From Mobula hypostoma (lineage: Eukaryota), in assembly GCF_963921235.1 (NCBI RefSeq), contig NC_086097.1, positions 196,790,001 through 196,854,000 on the forward strand: 64,000 bases of DNA, read 5' to 3'. The notes beneath the pieces were generated by a model. It was not told the origin of the DNA, did no database searches, and was given only the letters and a program-made list of their open reading frames with translations. This document shows positions 60,110 to 64,000 of the stretch, piece by piece; positions within the stretch are counted from its first letter, which is position 1; the number at the start of each line of letters is the position of its first letter. The position numbers and the translations under genes were made by a program.

Positions 60110-62935
60110 AGGAGTAGAATTGGGCCATTTTGCCCATCGAGTCTACTCTGCCATTTCATCATGGCTGATCCATTTTCCCTCTCAGCCCCAATCTCCTGCG
60201 TTTTCCCCCATATCCTTTCATGCCCTGACCAATCAAGAATATTTCATCCTCTGCCTTAAGTACACTCAATGACTTGGCGTCCACAGCCACCCATGGCAAC
60301 ACATTCCATAGATTCACCGCTCTCTAGCTGAAGAAATTCCTCCTCTTCTCCATTCTAAAAGGATGCTCCTCTATTCTGAGGCTGTGTTCTCTGGACTCCC
60401 CACCATAGGAAATATCCTTTCCACATCCACTCTATCGAGGCCTTTCAACATTTAATAGTTTCAATGAGACAGCCTTTCATTCTTCTGAATTACAGTGAGT
60501 AGAGGCCCAGAACCATCAAGCACTATTCATATGACAAACCTTTCCATCCCAGAAGAATTTTTGTGCCCCTCCTTTGAACCGTCTCCAACGTCAGTATACC
60601 CTTTCTAAGAGGCCCAAAACTGCTCGCAAAGCTCAAGTGAAACTTCAATGCTTTATAAGGCCTCCCTATTAAATCCTTGCTTTTATATTCTAGTCCTCTT
60701 GAAATGAATTCCAATATTACATTTGCCTTCCTCACCACAAACTCGACCTGCAAATTAGCTGTTTAGGAAATCCTGCACGAGCACTCTCAATTCCCTTTGT
60801 ACCTCTAGATGTTTGTATATCCTTTCCGTTTAGAAAATAGTCTATGCTTTTATGTCGTCTAGCAAAGTACATGACTATACACTTCCTGGCACTGTATTCC
60901 ACCTGCCACTTCTTTGCCCATTCTCCTAATCTGTCTTAAGTCCTTCTGTAGCCTCTTTACTTCCTCATAACTACCTATCCCTCCACCGATCTTTGTATCA
61001 TCCAGAAACTTGCCCATAAATTATCAATTGCGTCATCCATCCAAGTTGTTGATGTATAACGCAAAAAGAAGCCATCCCATCACTGGCCCCTGCAGTCAGC
61101 GAGAGTCAATCAGAAAAGGCTTCCCTTATTCCCTCCAGCCAATGCTTCATGCTAGAATCTTTCCTGTAATGCCATGGGCTCTTAACTTGTTAAGCAGACT
61201 CATGTATGGTACCTTGTCAAAGGCTTTCTGAAAATACAAGTACACAACATGAACCAATTCTCCGTTGTCTATCCTACTTGTTTTTTCTTCAAAGAATTCA
61301 AGCAGATTTTCCCTTAAGCAAACAATGCTGACTTTGGCCTATTGCCTCCAAGTTCCCCAAAAGCACATCCTTAACTATAAACTCCAACATCTTCCTAACC
61401 ACTGAGGTCAGACTTTCGGACCTACAGTTTCCTTTTTTTGCTTCTCGCCCTTCTTGAAGAGTGCAGTGACACTTGTAATTTTCCATTCGATTCTTAAACG
61501 ATCATTACTAGTTCTTCTACAATCTCTTTAGCCGCCACCTTCAGAACCTTGGGGTATATATCATCTGGTCCAGGTTACTTACCTACCTTCAGACCTTTCA
61601 ATTTCCCATGAAACTTCTCCCTAGTAATAACTACTTCTCACATTTCTGCACACTGATACACTTAAACTTCCAGCATACTGCTAGTGTCTTCCACAGTGAA
61701 GACTGATGCAAAATACTTATTCAGTTTGTCCACCATGTCCTAGTCCCCCATTACTTTCTCCAGCATAATTTTCCCACGGTCCAATATCTGCTCTCGCCTG
61801 TGTTTCACACTTTATGTATCTGAAGAAACTTCTGGCTTCCTTTTTAATATTGTTGGCTAGCTTACTTTCGTATTCCATCTTTTTCTTCTTTATGACTTCT
61901 TTAGTTGCCTTCTGTTAATTTTTTTAAAAAGCTTCCTAATCCTCTAATATTCCACTATTTTTTGTTCTATTATATGCCCTCCCTTTGGCAATTGTGCTGG
62001 CTTTGACTTCTCTTGTCAGCCATGGTTGTGTCATGTTGCTTTTAGTATGCTTCTTCCTCTTTGGGATGTATATATCTGTATTTTTCCCAGAAATTCCAGC
62101 CATTGCTGCTCTGCCATCATCCTTGCCGGTGTTCTTTTCCAATTAATTTTGGCCAGCTCCCCTCTCATGCCTCTGTAATTTGCTTTACTCCATTGTTATA
62201 CTGATACATCTGACTTTAGCTTCTCCTTCTCAAATGGCAGGGTTAATTCTATCATATTATGATCACTTGCCCCTGAGAGATCCTTAACTTAAGCTTGCTA
62301 ATCAATTCTGGTTCATTGCACAACACCCAGTCCAGAATAACTGATCTGCTAGTGGGCTCAACCATGAGCAGCTCTAAATAACCATTTCGTAGGCACTCTA
62401 GAAATTTCTCCTCTTGGAATCGAGCACCACACCAGTCTGGTTTTCCTAATCTACTGCATATTCAAATCCCCCATGACAATCATAGCATTGCCCTTTAGGC
62501 ATGGAATGTATATCTCCCGTTGTAAATAGTAGATCATATCTTTACGAAGATATTATGACGAAGGGTCTCGGCCTGAAACGTCGACTGTACCTCTTCCTAG
62601 AGATGCTGCCTGGCCTGCTGCGTTCACCAGCAACTTTGATGTGTGTTGCTTGAATTTCCAGCATCTGCAGAATTCCTGTTTGTGTTCATATCTTTACTAC
62701 TGTTTTAGGGTCTGTATATAACTCCCATCAGGGTCTTTTTATCCTTGCGGTTCCCGAGCTCCACCTACATTGATTCAGACCTTCTAACCCTATGTCACCA
62801 CTTTCTAATGATTTGATTTAATTTTTTACCAACAGAGGCATGCTACCCCCTTTGCCTACGTGCCTGTCCTTTTGATACAATGTGTACCCTTCGACATTAA
62901 GCTCCTAGCTATATCTTCTTTCAGCTATGGTTCAG
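60110..62935 (-). mobile_element. Decayed CR1 LINE
   Basis: Same family as 53220-55357 (QPWLTREVK, IGQSQH, FISRGLEYKSKD). Confidence 0.9.
62546..62685 (+). mobile_element. 140-bp PLE 3'-end insertion
   Basis: 12-bp TSD tcatatctttac at 62534-62545 and 62686-62697; 10-nt filler, then tgacgaagggtctcggcctgaaacgtcgac...ctgcagaattcctg. Confidence 0.93.
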
Positions 62936-63356
62936 TGATGTTTCTTTTAATGGGTGCAATATTTTAGACGATCCTTTTCTCTTTGCTTCTTGAAAACTTC
63001 TGTGAAGTTTGTATTAGTGAGTAATCCATAATGGACAGGAGCTGAATGAGGACTTTTATTCAACCAGTTATAACATTTTTAATTTGTTGCAATGTTTAAT
63101 ATTATAAATGTTTTTGAATCTTGGCAAATTTGAGACAACTTCAGTATTTGCATATAGTGCATGTGAAAGAATAGGTTCTAATGTGTTCAATAAAATTGAA
63201 ATAGTTTAAATATGAAATGTTACAGTCAAAGTTATATAGTCATAATTTTTTATGCTATCAATGTCAATGACATGTTAACAACATTCATCTAAAAAGTATA
63301 CAAGTCTTTCTTGGGCTTATGTCTTAGCCTTGCATGTTGTTGGTATTCTTTTTTAG

Positions 63357-63650
<294 letters not shown>

Positions 63651-63884
63651 TAGTTGAACCATACTAGTTGGAAAGGTTCTGAGTTCAATGGTAATCAGCA
63701 GTTTTTAAATATTAACCCTGACATTGACTAAGAGTAAACATTTAGCTTAGTCTTTTAATTTGAATTTTTTCTAATAGTGGGAGCAGTGTGAATGACATCA
63801 GATGATGACAGTTGCTTAATAGTAGATAGAATAATTGATGGAAATTATTACGACTTTATGATGAATAGTAGCAGCTGAGCAGGG

Positions 63885-64000
63885 GAATTGGGGGTTATGG
63901 GAAGAGGCAGGTAGATGGAGCTGAGTCCACAGCCAGATCAGCCATGATTGTATTGAATGGTGGAGCAAGTTTGATGGGCCAAATGGCCTACTCCTCTTTC
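63885..64000 (+). mobile_element. CR1-type 3' tail
   Basis: gatcagccatgattgtattgaatggtggagca...atggcctactcct. Confidence 0.7.

Overview
Eukaryotic vertebrate DNA, most likely a cartilaginous fish (ray or shark), inferred from V-SINE/HE1-like SINEs and the CR1-rich repeat content. The window lies inside a + strand ROCK1 (Rho-associated kinase 1) gene. Three small coding exons are present (46320-46401, 57141-57241, 63357-63494, matching vertebrate exons 2-4); exon 1 is upstream of the window. The rest is intron packed with nested transposons: many CR1, Rex1/Babar-like and RTE relics, a full-length L1-clade LINE with a 13-bp TSD, a decayed Ty1/copia element with both LTRs and an iMet PBS, a solo LTR, Harbinger and Tc1 derivatives, and a young Penelope-like element (PLE; RT + GIY-YIG) family. 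The PLE family is the most striking feature. Its 3' repeat carries a minimal hammerhead ribozyme, and it repeatedly inserts as one TSD-bounded unit made of two head-to-head copies, giving hairpins of up to 1.72 kb. The two arms stop at two different, reproducible 3' ends about 30-40 nt apart. Inverted PLE termini and PLE hammerheads are known in principle; the paired use of two 3' ends and any effect on the host pre-mRNA are inference. Boundaries of old repeats are approximate and were read by eye.
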